Source: an uncultured Gemmatimonadota bacterium (GTDB taxonomy: Bacteria > Gemmatimonadota > Gemmatimonadetes > Palauibacterales > Palauibacteraceae). Taken from it: a DNA stretch of 64,000 nt. The notes below the pieces were generated by a model that made no database searches, had not been told where the DNA came from, and was given only the letters and a program-made list of their open reading frames with translations. The DNA is taken from NCBI GenBank assembly GCA_964480515.1, contig CAYZOT010000009.1, positions 33,205-97,204 on the forward strand, read 5' to 3'. Of this stretch, positions 1-11,448 are shown one piece after another. Position numbers and translations under genes: made by a program. The first letter of the stretch is position 1. Every line of letters begins with the position of its first letter.

Positions 1-95
1 GGGCGTTTCTACCCGTACGCTACCCGATGTCTAAGGTGATGAGGACAGGGACCGAGGATCATCAATGACTGAATACCGCAAGAAAGTGGGGCTTA

Positions 96-1247
96 GTGGA
101 TAGAGGGCGCATTCGAGTAGGTGTGTTGTTCGGAGGGGAGTCTGCCGAACATGAAGTATCGCTTCAGTCCGCAAAAAACGTGGTCGAGGCGATCGATCGC
201 AACCGCTACGATGTAACCTTAATTCGAATTGATCGATCTGGTTGTTGGCATTTAGATGACGAGACCTCTCTTAGTCCCGGTGCGGTGAACCTTCGAAGAA
301 TAGACCTCTCTTCAGGTACCCGTAATTTGGCATTGGCACCCGGCGAGGGTGGCAATCTAATAACCCGGGATGGAGGCGATCCGTTACCGGAACTGGACGT
401 CATTTTTCCGGTTTTGCATGGACCCATGGGTGAAGACGGTACCATCCAAGGGCTACTACGTCTCGCGCACATCCCTTTTGTCGGGCCTAGTGTGCTGGGC
501 TCGGCAATCGGGATGGATAAGGATGCCGCGAAACGACTTCTGCGAGACGCCGGAGTTCCAGTAGCCCCATTCATTACCGTTCTCGATCGTGAGCTGGCTC
601 CGTCATGGGACAAGGTGAAAGCGGAACTAGGCGCTCCCGTATTCGTGAAACCGGCAAACATGGGGTCTTCGGTCGGAGTCTCTAAAGTTTCCTCCGATGT
701 CGAGTATCAGGCAGCGCTGGACGAGGCTTTTTCTTTCGACACAAAAGTTCTACTGGAGTTTACACTCCAAGGCCGCGAGCTGGAGTGCGCAGTTTTGGGA
801 AATGAGCATCCAGAGGCGTCTATTCCAGGAGAAGTGGCGCCCAAACATGAGTTCTACTCCTACGATGCCAAGTACCTCGACGCTGCGGGAGCCGATCTTA
901 CGATCCCTGCTGATGTTGACCCTAAGACTGTTGAGCGTGTTCAGGAGCTATCGGTCCGCGTTTTTCAGATTCTCTGTTGCGAGGGTATGGCCCGTGTCGA
1001 CTTTTTTCTGACGACGAAGAGTTCGAACACATTCACCGAAGGTGAACTCGTAGTTAATGAGATAAATACTATTCCAGGGTTCACTCGCATCAGTATGTAT
1101 CCCAAACTCTGGGCGGCCACAGGAATCTCATATCCGAATCTGATCGATCGCCTAATCCAACTCGCGATTGACAGATGGGAGCGGGACCACACCCTTAAGT
1201 CGGCGATCGATCTTCCGTCGGCTGAGGATGTGGTCCCGGACAACTGA
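96..1247 (+). CDS. ddl: D-alanine--D-alanine ligase
   Basis: 383-aa ORF. The N-terminus RVGVLFGGESAEHEVSLQSA and the ATP-grasp C-terminal half (VNEINTIPGFT) are typical of Ddl. GTG start at 96. Confidence 0.93.
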   Translation: MDRGRIRVGVLFGGESAEHEVSLQSAKNVVEAIDRNRYDVTLIRIDRSGCWHLDDETSLSPGAVNLRRIDLSSGTRNLALAPGEGGNLITRDGGDPLPELDVIFPVLHGPMGEDGTIQGLLRLAHIPFVGPSVLGSAIGMDKDAAKRLLRDAGVPVAPFITVLDRELAPSWDKVKAELGAPVFVKPANMGSSVGVSKVSSDVEYQAALDEAFSFDTKVLLEFTLQGRELECAVLGNEHPEASIPGEVAPKHEFYSYDAKYLDAAGADLTIPADVDPKTVERVQELSVRVFQILCCEGMARVDFFLTTKSSNTFTEGELVVNEINTIPGFTRISMYPKLWAATGISYPNLIDRLIQLAIDRWERDHTLKSAIDLPSAEDVVPDN

Positions 1248-1254
1248 TCGCGAG

Positions 1255-2145
1255 ATGAATCGCATGACATATCAGACGAACGGTTTCCGCTTTGGACATG
1301 GCTTCCCCGTCACTCTGTGGGTTAAGCGGCTCCTGCTCGCAAATGTCGCATTTTGGTTAAGTCTTACCGTCCTTGGCGTCCTTGGTGATTCTCAGGCCTA
1401 TACGGATACGGTCGTAAACTGGTTGTCCTTTGCTGCGACGGATGTCCTGCGGAAGCCGTGGAGTCCTCTGAGTTACATGTTTGTGCACCTGAGTTTTGGT
1501 CACTTGTTTATGAATATGTTGGTGCTCTTCTTCTTCGGTCCGCCACTTGAATCGCGTTGGGGCAGTAGATTTTTCATTAAGTACTACCTCATCACTGGCC
1601 TTAGTGGGGCACTTTTCTCAGTTCTTCTGTATTCCTGGGTCGGTGCGATACCAATGATCGGTGCATCGGGGGCCATCTTCGGTCTTCTAGTTGCCTTCGC
1701 TATGAACTGGCCGGACTCGAAGATTTATCTTTATTTCTTGTTCCCTGTTCCAGCGAAGTGGGTTGTCGCTGCATTGGGGTTATTCTCACTTTTGTCGACC
1801 GTCAGTGGTGTGAATGGGGGGGTTGCGCATTGGGCGCACTTAGGAGGCCTTGTCACGGGTTTCATGTACCTTCGTTTCGGCAAACGTGTCAGTCGCATTC
1901 TGGCAAAAGTTCTGTTCAAAGAGGTGTCTCGATCAGTAAAGGTTGAACTGAGTGGCAAGGAGAAAACCAGGGCTTCCAAGTCATCAACTCAACAGTGGCG
2001 CCGGGGAAGCAATGTGGACGCGCCGGATGAAATAGATCGAATTCTAGACAAAATCCGGGAAACCGGGATGGATTCACTAACGACAAAAGAGCGCTCATTT
2101 CTAGATGAGATAAGCCGTCAATACAAAAATACCCGTATGCACTGA
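1255..2145 (+). CDS. Rhomboid family intramembrane serine protease
   Basis: Polytopic membrane protein with the rhomboid Ser motif GASGAIFG and a downstream HLGG His. ATG 1255 lies 8 nt after the ddl stop. I prefer it to ORF-track start 1168, which overlaps ddl by 80 nt. Confidence 0.85.
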   Translation: MNRMTYQTNGFRFGHGFPVTLWVKRLLLANVAFWLSLTVLGVLGDSQAYTDTVVNWLSFAATDVLRKPWSPLSYMFVHLSFGHLFMNMLVLFFFGPPLESRWGSRFFIKYYLITGLSGALFSVLLYSWVGAIPMIGASGAIFGLLVAFAMNWPDSKIYLYFLFPVPAKWVVAALGLFSLLSTVSGVNGGVAHWAHLGGLVTGFMYLRFGKRVSRILAKVLFKEVSRSVKVELSGKEKTRASKSSTQQWRRGSNVDAPDEIDRILDKIRETGMDSLTTKERSFLDEISRQYKNTRMH

Positions 2146-2317
2146 ACTGTTGGGACCAGTTCCTCACTACAACTACGTTTGATTAGTTGTTTTGTATCTC
2201 TGGAGTTTTTTTCCGGTCCTTTCTAGAATGATTACCCCGCGCGAGACAAGGATCCAATGGATGTTCGCGCGATAACCGTACAATAAGTCTTACAACTAGC
2301 GCATAAGGAGAGTTTAG

Positions 2318-4405
2318 ATGGCGTCTTCTGCCTCAGTAACTGAAACCGCTGATATCCGAAATGTTGTTGTCTTCGGCCACGGTGGATGCGGAAAGACGTC
2401 CTTAGTCGATTCGATGTGCTATGTGGCCGGAAATACAAACCGTAAAGGGGATATTGATAAGGGGAGTGCCCTGACCGATTTCACACCCGAAGAGACTGCA
2501 CATAAGATTTCAATCAATCTTGGAGTTGCCCATGCCCATTGGCACGGAACGAAGATCAACCTTATCGACACCCCTGGTTACCTCGATTTTTTTGGTGAAG
2601 TGATGGCGGGTATGCGGGTAGCCGATTCCGGGCTATGCGTGATTGACGCAGTTCATGGAGTTGAAGTTGGGACAGAGAGGACTTGGGCGGCAGCTGATTT
2701 TCAGGGTCTGCCCCGGATGATATTCGTCTCGCTTATGGATCGAGACAATGCAAACTTCCAAAAGACCTTCCGGCAGATTCAAAAAACTCTCACTGCCGCC
2801 GCGATCCCAGTCCAAGTTCCGATTGGTGCCGGAAACAATTTCAAGGGGATTGTCAACCTCTTATCGATGAAAGCCCATTTGTTCAAAAGGGGTGACAAAG
2901 GGAATTATGAGGAGACAGACATTCCCGAAGAATTGACCTCTGATGTCGAAACTTTCCGCGAGCAGTTGATTGAAGCGATTGTGGCTGCAGACGATGAACT
3001 TCTTGAGGCCTATTTTGAAGGTGAAGACCTCGACCCTAAACAAGTTCTTGAGGTTCTCGGCAAGGCAATACGGAATGGAGATGTTGTGCCTGTTTTTTGT
3101 GGCGCAGGGGTCAATAGTTGGGGTATGCGCACGCTGCTAGACAAGATTACCGAACTCATGCCCTCGCCCGTTGAAGTAGCTCCACAAATCGTGAAGCATA
3201 GGGACGGAGAAACTGAGATTCGGGCTGAATCAACCTCGGCTACGGCGGCTCTTGTATTCAAGACAACATCTGAGCCGCAGGTGGGTGACCTGAGCTACTT
3301 CCGAGTTTTCGGTGGTAGAATCACTAACGGTCTGACGTTACTGAATCCCCAACATTCGGCAAATGAACGGATTGCGCACTTAGCCATACCCCAAGGTGCT
3401 CAGCGACTCGATGTGGACTCGCTCAGCCCAGGAGACATAGGAGTGGTTGCAAAACTCCGCGACACGCACACCGGTGATACCCTCTGCGCCACAAACAACA
3501 AGCTTGTGCTTGAAAGTGTCATGTGGCCAAGCACCGATATCTCGCTTGCGGTAACCGCTCGGACGCGGGGCGACGAAGACAAGATCGGGACCGGCTTAGC
3601 CAAACTTCACGAAGAAGATCCTACCTTCACCTCAGGGTATGACCCTGAGCGTAGCCAGACGATAATCCGAGGATTAGGAGAAATACACCTCAACATTTCA
3701 CTTGAAAAGCTGACGCGAAAATATGGTGTCAACGTTGAAACGCACGCACCTAGAATCGCCTACAGAGAGACGATCACAAAATTGGCGGAAGGCCGAGGTC
3801 GCCACAAAAAACAGTCGGGTGGCCGCGGGCAATTCGGAGATTGTCACGTTCGACTAAGTCCGTTGGGGCGTGGGAAAGGTTATGAGTTCGTCAGTTCAAT
3901 CAAGGGCGGAGTGATTCCAACTAAGTTTATTCCTGCGGTCAACAAGGGGATAAATAGTGCTTCAACTAAAGGAGTACTGGCAGGGTATCCTCTGGTGGAT
4001 TTCCGGGCGGAGTGCTACGACGGTTCTCATCATGCGGTAGACAGTTCCGAAATCGCCTTCCAAATCGCAGGTTCGGTTGCGTTCCGGAAGGTGGCACTCA
4101 ATGCGAAGCCAGTGATCTTGGAGCCCATTATGGAAGTTGAGGTTGAGACCCCCGAGGAGTTTATGGGTGAGGTTATGGGGGATCTTAACCAGCGTCGCGG
4201 GAGAGTCTTGGGGATGGATTCGAAGGGGGCACGCCAGGTTGTCAAAGCATTGGTCCCTCAAAGCGAACTCTACAAGTATTCGGCGGCACTCCGATCGTTC
4301 ACACACGGGAAGGCCATGCACACGAGGAAGCTTGCTTCGTATGAACAGGCGCCCCCCCATATCCAAGAGAAGGTGATCGCTGAGTCTAAAGCGCGTGAAA
4401 GTTAA
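2318..4405 (+). CDS. Elongation factor G paralog (EF-G2 / EFG-II type translational GTPase)
   Basis: 695 aa with EF-G domain order. P-loop is GHGGCGKTS. G3 is DTPGY, with Tyr where canonical EF-G has DTPGH. AAGGAG lies 7 nt upstream of ATG 2318. The gene is not in a str-operon context. Confidence 0.85.
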   Translation: MASSASVTETADIRNVVVFGHGGCGKTSLVDSMCYVAGNTNRKGDIDKGSALTDFTPEETAHKISINLGVAHAHWHGTKINLIDTPGYLDFFGEVMAGMRVADSGLCVIDAVHGVEVGTERTWAAADFQGLPRMIFVSLMDRDNANFQKTFRQIQKTLTAAAIPVQVPIGAGNNFKGIVNLLSMKAHLFKRGDKGNYEETDIPEELTSDVETFREQLIEAIVAADDELLEAYFEGEDLDPKQVLEVLGKAIRNGDVVPVFCGAGVNSWGMRTLLDKITELMPSPVEVAPQIVKHRDGETEIRAESTSATAALVFKTTSEPQVGDLSYFRVFGGRITNGLTLLNPQHSANERIAHLAIPQGAQRLDVDSLSPGDIGVVAKLRDTHTGDTLCATNNKLVLESVMWPSTDISLAVTARTRGDEDKIGTGLAKLHEEDPTFTSGYDPERSQTIIRGLGEIHLNISLEKLTRKYGVNVETHAPRIAYRETITKLAEGRGRHKKQSGGRGQFGDCHVRLSPLGRGKGYEFVSSIKGGVIPTKFIPAVNKGINSASTKGVLAGYPLVDFRAECYDGSHHAVDSSEIAFQIAGSVAFRKVALNAKPVILEPIMEVEVETPEEFMGEVMGDLNQRRGRVLGMDSKGARQVVKALVPQSELYKYSAALRSFTHGKAMHTRKLASYEQAPPHIQEKVIAESKARES

Positions 4406-4443
4406 TAACAGGAATAAACTAGGAGTAGCGAGGAGATTCAGAA

Positions 4444-5196
4444 GTGGCTGGGCATTCAAAGTGGTCTAAGATTAAGCGCCAGAAGGCGGTAACGGATAAG
4501 GCGCGTGGAAAGTTGTTTGCCAAACTTGGGCGTGAAATTGCTGTTGCGGCACGCGAAGGGGGTGGTGACCTAAACTTCAATCCTCGTCTTCGTACAGCGG
4601 TAGATAATGCTCGGGCGCAGAGTATGCCCAATGAGAACATCGAACGCGCCATAAAGCGTGGAACAGGTGATCTTCCGGGAGTGTCTTTCGAGGAAGTGAC
4701 ATATGAAGGTTATGGTCCGGGTGGAGTGGCGCTATTCCTTGAGTGTTTGACAGACAATCCGAAACGTACGGTCGCGGAGATTCGCCACCTGTTCAGCGAG
4801 AAGGGCGGTAACCTGGGGCAGAGCGGATCGGTCCAATGGATGTTCGAACGGAAGGGGCAGGTTTACGTTGATTCCGAAAAATCCGATGAGGATCTTACGC
4901 TTGAATTTGCCCTTGAGGCAGGTGTGGAGAGCTTCGACTCTGAAGAAGGGATGTATGTAATGTCGACAACTGCAGGAGATTTTCACGCAGTAGTCGAAAG
5001 TTTACGTAAAGCTGGCATCCCCATCACTGCCGCCGAGCTAGGTATGGTTCCGACCACTATGATTGAGGCAAAAGGCCGAGATGGTGAGAAGGTTGTCGAT
5101 ATTCTGAATGCGTTAGATGAGCACGAAGACGTGCTCAAGGTCTACTCGAACGCGGATTTGGAGGAGGCGGACTGGACGGAAATGGAAAGCAACTGA
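4444..5196 (+). CDS. yebC: YebC/PmpR family DNA-binding transcriptional regulator
   Basis: N-terminus MAGHSKWSKIKRQKA is the family hallmark. 250 aa, GTG start preceded by GAGGAG. Sits immediately upstream of ruvCAB, as in many bacteria. Confidence 0.93.
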   Translation: MAGHSKWSKIKRQKAVTDKARGKLFAKLGREIAVAAREGGGDLNFNPRLRTAVDNARAQSMPNENIERAIKRGTGDLPGVSFEEVTYEGYGPGGVALFLECLTDNPKRTVAEIRHLFSEKGGNLGQSGSVQWMFERKGQVYVDSEKSDEDLTLEFALEAGVESFDSEEGMYVMSTTAGDFHAVVESLRKAGIPITAAELGMVPTTMIEAKGRDGEKVVDILNALDEHEDVLKVYSNADLEEADWTEMESN

Positions 5197-5717
5197 AAAC
5201 AGATAACGGAACCGAATGTGCCCGTGTTCTGGGGATTGATCCGGGGACGCGGGCCACCGGATATGGCCTGATTGAATGTAGCCGACCAATTCATCAATTG
5301 ATCGAATGTGGGGTGATTCGAACGCGCACTGGTGACCTGGATCAAAGGTTGTTGGACATCCATTCTGCAACTCTCGATTTGATCGACCGACATGCACCAA
5401 CCTGTGTCGCTATCGAAGGTGTGTTCGCGGGTCGAAACGCGCGGACGGCGCTGTTGCTGGGACATGCGCGTGGAGTCCTAATGCTGGCCGCTGCTCTCAG
5501 AGGCCTCCCCATTCATGAGTACGCGCCCCGGGAGGTGAAAAAGCGGGTTGTTGGGACTGGTGCGGCGGGGAAAGAACAGGTGGGGTTTATGGTCAAACAG
5601 CATCTACGACTTACCACGGCCCCGCAGCCAGCTGATGCTGCGGACGGGTGTGCGATTGCCCTATGCCATTTGATCGCGCAGCTGCCAGCTAGCATGGGTT
5701 CAGGCGTAGTCTCGTGA
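5193..5717 (+). CDS. ruvC: Crossover junction endodeoxyribonuclease RuvC (start codon non-canonical or uncertain)
   Basis: The frame encodes ARVLGIDPGTRATGYGLIE at 5220-5276, which is the conserved RuvC N-terminus with the catalytic Asp. No ATG/GTG/TTG exists in-frame between the stop at 5118-5120 and TTG 5298 (the ORF-track start). In-frame CTG codons are at 5172, 5193 and 5229. CTG 5193 overlaps the yebC TGA as CTGA. The end is firm and the start is tentative. Confidence 0.8.
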   Translation: MKTDNGTECARVLGIDPGTRATGYGLIECSRPIHQLIECGVIRTRTGDLDQRLLDIHSATLDLIDRHAPTCVAIEGVFAGRNARTALLLGHARGVLMLAAALRGLPIHEYAPREVKKRVVGTGAAGKEQVGFMVKQHLRLTTAPQPADAADGCAIALCHLIAQLPASMGSGVVS

Positions 5718-6298
5718 TCCGAAGGATTCGCGGTAAACTCGTCGAGCAGAGATCCGGCATGGTCGAGGTGTTGGCCAGCGATGGGTTGGGATATGAGATT
5801 AGCGTGCCGACGGGACTGGTTGATCGACTCCCTGCGGGCGATCCGGTCGAACTTCACACGGTTCTCATCGTGCGGGACGATACAATGGAATTGTTCGGAT
5901 TCGAATCCTCGCGAGATCGTAAACTATTTCAACGTCTTCGCACAGTCGGTGGTGTCGGACCACGACTGGCGCTTGCGGTCCTGGGTGCGCTTCCTACCGA
6001 TCGTGTTGTTAAAGCAATTCGAGGGAAGGATAATGCAACTCTTCAAACCGTTAGCGGAGTAGGGAAAAAGACGGCAGAGCGTATTGCAATTGAATTGGCC
6101 GACAAACTTGACGACATGGGGGTCGCCGATGGAAAAGAGTTGTCGCGTGGCCCCATCGAAGCCGCTGTCGAAGCTCTGCGGTCACTCGGCTACGGATCGG
6201 CAGAGGCTGAGGATGCCGTACGTCGCGCCGTTAAATCGTTAGGTGACCGTGATGTGGGGACTCAGGATTTGGTTAAGAATGCACTCCAGTTCGTATGA
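5714..6298 (+). CDS. ruvA: Holliday junction branch migration complex subunit RuvA
   Basis: MIRRIRGKLVE... OB-fold N-terminus and HhH region (VGGVGPRLALAVL, VSGVGKKTAERI). GTGA overlap with the ruvC stop. Confidence 0.93.
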   Translation: MIRRIRGKLVEQRSGMVEVLASDGLGYEISVPTGLVDRLPAGDPVELHTVLIVRDDTMELFGFESSRDRKLFQRLRTVGGVGPRLALAVLGALPTDRVVKAIRGKDNATLQTVSGVGKKTAERIAIELADKLDDMGVADGKELSRGPIEAAVEALRSLGYGSAEAEDAVRRAVKSLGDRDVGTQDLVKNALQFV

Positions 6299-6317
6299 AT
6301 TTCCATAAGGGGTAGTC

Positions 6318-7365
6318 GTGAGTAAGAAACAAGAATTAACCGACATCACCACCCCCGAGTTAATTGAAGACGAGGGTTGGTCTGACTCGTCCCTAAGGCC
6401 CGATCGGCTCGAAGAGTTCATTGGACAGGCGAAAGTCAAGGAAAGCTTATCAGTTTTTGTGGAGGCAGCACTTAAGCGCGGCGAAGCCCTCGACCATACG
6501 CTGTTTTATGGTCCCCCTGGCTTAGGAAAGACAACGCTCGCGTACCTTCTCGCCCACGAGCTAGGCGCTAACATTAAGATCACGTCGGGGCCAGTACTCG
6601 AAAAACCAGGAGACTTGGCGGGCCTCCTCACAAACCTTGGTCCCCGAGACATCCTATTCATCGACGAAATTCACCGGCTCCGACCTGTGATCGAAGAATT
6701 CCTCTATCCCGCAATGGAAGACTATCGTATCGAAATCCGACTAGGAGACGGACCGCGTGTTGAGACTTTCTCAATGAAACTCGAACGCTTCACGCTCGTG
6801 GGCGCAACAACCCGATTTGGTCTTCTTACAGCACCAATGCGAGCGCGCTTTGGCGTGGTTGAGCGACTAGGATTTTATCCTGCCGATGAATTGCGCAAGA
6901 TTGTTAAACGGTCGGCACGGCTCCTTGACATCCCCGTCACAGAAAATGGGGCATCGGAGATCGCTCGTCGGTCGAGAGGTACACCTCGTATAGCCAATCG
7001 CTTGTTACGTCGGGTCCGAGACTTCGCGGAGGTCCGTAGGGAAGGAACGATTGATGCAGATACCGCAGTTGAAGGCCTTACGTTGTTAAATGTTGACGAA
7101 TATGGGCTAGATGAGATGGACGCACGGCTCCTGAAAGCGATTATCGAATCTTTCGATGGCGGCCCAGTTGGGCTCAAATCACTAGCTGTGGCCGTAGGTG
7201 AAGATGCGGAGACACTTGAGGAAGTTTACGAGCCCTTTCTAATTCAGAACGGATATCTGCACCGAACGCCGCGTGGACGAGCAGCCACTAAGAAGGCGTA
7301 CGAGCGCTTCGGCTATGATATGTCTCAAACCGAATCCGAACATACGCAAGGTGCTTTCTTTGGCG

Positions 7366-7376
<11 letters not shown>
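6318..7376 (+). CDS. ruvB: Holliday junction DNA helicase RuvB
   Basis: AAA+ Walker [12 protein letters not shown], Walker B FIDEIHRL and a typical RuvB C-terminal winged helix. 352 aa. Confidence 0.95.
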
Positions 7377-9659
<2,283 letters not shown>

Positions 9660-9685
9660 CGAACTTCATTGGAAGGGTAGTAATC

Positions 9686-9991
9686 ATGCTAAATGCGAAT
9701 TTGTTTGGGGCAGCTCCTGGCGGAGGAACTGCAAACCCTGCGGCTACGCTAATGATGATGATGGGTTTTATCGCCATCTTCTATTTCCTGTTTTTCCGTC
9801 CACAACGGAAACAGCAAAAGGAGCATCAGGCACTCATCAAGGGCGTCGCAAAAGGTGATGAGATTACGACGGTTGGAGGTGTCATCGGAACCATAGTCCA
9901 CCTAACTGGCGATCGTATCACCATTAAGAGTGGTGAAACGCGGATTGAGGTTGAGCGTTCGAAGATTATGAAGGTGAACTCGGAGGGCTGA
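9686..9991 (+). CDS. yajC: Preprotein translocase subunit YajC
   Basis: 101 aa with a single TM (MMMMGFIAIFYFLFFRPQRKQQKE) followed by GDEITTVGGVIGTI. Conserved queA-tgt-yajC context. Confidence 0.9.
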   Translation: MLNANLFGAAPGGGTANPAATLMMMMGFIAIFYFLFFRPQRKQQKEHQALIKGVAKGDEITTVGGVIGTIVHLTGDRITIKSGETRIEVERSKIMKVNSEG

Positions 9992-10027
9992 CCGAAGCCT
10001 ACGGCTCGGCTCTTCCATCCAGAACCC

Positions 10028-10519
10028 ATGCTTCTCGAGATTCGTATATTCGGAGACCCAGTATTGCGGGAGAAGTGTGCCCCAGTCGAACAAATTGATG
10101 ACGAAGTTCGACAATTGATCGGAGATCTTCAAGAGACGATGTACGATGCAGATGGACTTGGTCTAGCTGCCCCTCAGGTGGGAGTGCCGATCCGAATGTT
10201 TGTTTATGACGTTCGAGATCCTGAACTGCAGGCGGGTGTGCTGATTAATCCGGAGATTGTTGAAGCCGATGGCTCCATTCGGGAAGAGGAGGGTTGTTTG
10301 AGTCTGCCAGGCCTTACTGAGATAGTCGAACGCAATGAGTCTATTCTTGTTCGGGGGCTCGATGTGGACGGGGCGCCAGTTGAGCTGCGAATGGAAGGTC
10401 TGCTCAGTCGCTGTATCCAACATGAGAACGATCACCTCGATGGCATCCTTTTTCTTGACCGAGTAAGTCCTCTTAAAAGGAAACTTCTCCTCCAAAAATG
10501 GCAGAAGGGCGAAAACTGA
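10028..10519 (+). CDS. def: Peptide deformylase
   Basis: Motifs GLGLAAPQVG, EGCLSLPG and HENDHLDG. Confidence 0.95.
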   Translation: MLLEIRIFGDPVLREKCAPVEQIDDEVRQLIGDLQETMYDADGLGLAAPQVGVPIRMFVYDVRDPELQAGVLINPEIVEADGSIREEEGCLSLPGLTEIVERNESILVRGLDVDGAPVELRMEGLLSRCIQHENDHLDGILFLDRVSPLKRKLLLQKWQKGEN

Positions 10520-11448
10520 GAATCCTTTTTTGGGGGACCCCGGACTTCGGTATACCGTCGCTCGAAGCCATGCGGAATGCGGGACACGAGCTGGTCAGTG
10601 TCATCACTAGTCCTGACAGACCGGCTGGCCGTGGTCGGTCAGTCACAGAAAGTCCGGTGAAAAAGTGGGCGCTTAATGCGGGGATTCCGGTGCTCCAGCC
10701 CATACGGCCAGAAGGAAAGGGTTTTGTAGACGCTATCCGTTTGCTAACACCCGACATTTCAGTGGTTGCAGCCTACGGCCAGATGTTAGGCGAAGTCGTT
10801 CTCGACCTGCCCGAGTTGGGTTCACTCAACGTGCATGCATCTTTACTGCCCAAACTTAGGGGAGCTGCTCCGATCAATTGGGCCATTATCCGTGGCGATG
10901 AACAGAGTGGTGTAACCATCATGCGGATGGTACGCGAACTCGATGCGGGTCCGATTGTCGCCCAAGAGCACATCTCGATTTCGAATGAAACTACAGCCGG
11001 TGAGCTGTACATTGAGACCGCACGTCGAGGTGCAAATCTGCTGATAAAAGTGCTTTCCGATGTTGGAGGAGGCCGAGCTGAGGAAAGCGATCAGAAGGGT
11101 GAGTTGGCGACTTATGCTCCCAAATTAGATCGTGCATTGGCTCGGATTAACTGGACGCTTAGTGCAAAAGAACTGCACCACTGGTTGCGTGGCTGTGATC
11201 CTTGGCCAGCGGCTTGGACCGAGCTTAATGGTTTGCCGCTTCAGTTTTTTAGTCCGCAGGTTCAGGCTGACCAGTCAGACAACGCACCCGGAACAGTTCT
11301 GGAAGCAGACCCTCGGCATGGTCTCATCGTTGCAACGGGTTCCGGAGCACTGCGTGTTGGTGAAGTGAAGCCTGCGGGTCGCCGTCGGATGAAGTCGGAA
11401 GCGTGGGTCCGCGGCGCAGGGAGCATAGAAGGTGCTTGTTTCGTCTGA
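10498..11448 (+). CDS. fmt: Methionyl-tRNA formyltransferase
   Basis: RILFWGTPDFG N-terminus, SLLPKLRGAAPINWAI formyltransferase motif and a C-terminal Fmt domain. Overlaps def by 22 nt. Confidence 0.93.
   Translation: MAEGRKLRILFWGTPDFGIPSLEAMRNAGHELVSVITSPDRPAGRGRSVTESPVKKWALNAGIPVLQPIRPEGKGFVDAIRLLTPDISVVAAYGQMLGEVVLDLPELGSLNVHASLLPKLRGAAPINWAIIRGDEQSGVTIMRMVRELDAGPIVAQEHISISNETTAGELYIETARRGANLLIKVLSDVGGGRAEESDQKGELATYAPKLDRALARINWTLSAKELHHWLRGCDPWPAAWTELNGLPLQFFSPQVQADQSDNAPGTVLEADPRHGLIVATGSGALRVGEVKPAGRRRMKSEAWVRGAGSIEGACFV

Noticed and set aside
1244-1247. Other CTGA stop contexts (ddl 1244, thiG 13085, tamB 24381, gfo 57692) considered as additional CTG-coupled starts
   Set aside because: In these cases the CTG is out of frame with the downstream gene, and canonical starts with sensible N-termini exist downstream. 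They are noted as a caveat for the CTGA hypothesis.
5298-5717. ORF-track model of ruvC starting at TTG 5298 (139 aa)
   Set aside because: It would remove the conserved LGIDPG strand with the first catalytic Asp. That strand is encoded in the same frame just upstream, so the gene must start earlier through a non-canonical start or a sequencing indel.
7273-7365. N-terminal extension of QueA from ORF-track start 7273. Analogous extensions occur at 1168 (rhomboid), 13000 (rsmB), 14283 (PASTA), 34205 (DmfA2-like), 43188 (DUF1015), 44933 (GGR) and 57598 (DegT).
   Set aside because: Each extension reads through the 3' end of the preceding gene or adds non-conserved residues. Internal starts placed at or just after the upstream stop give family-typical N-termini.
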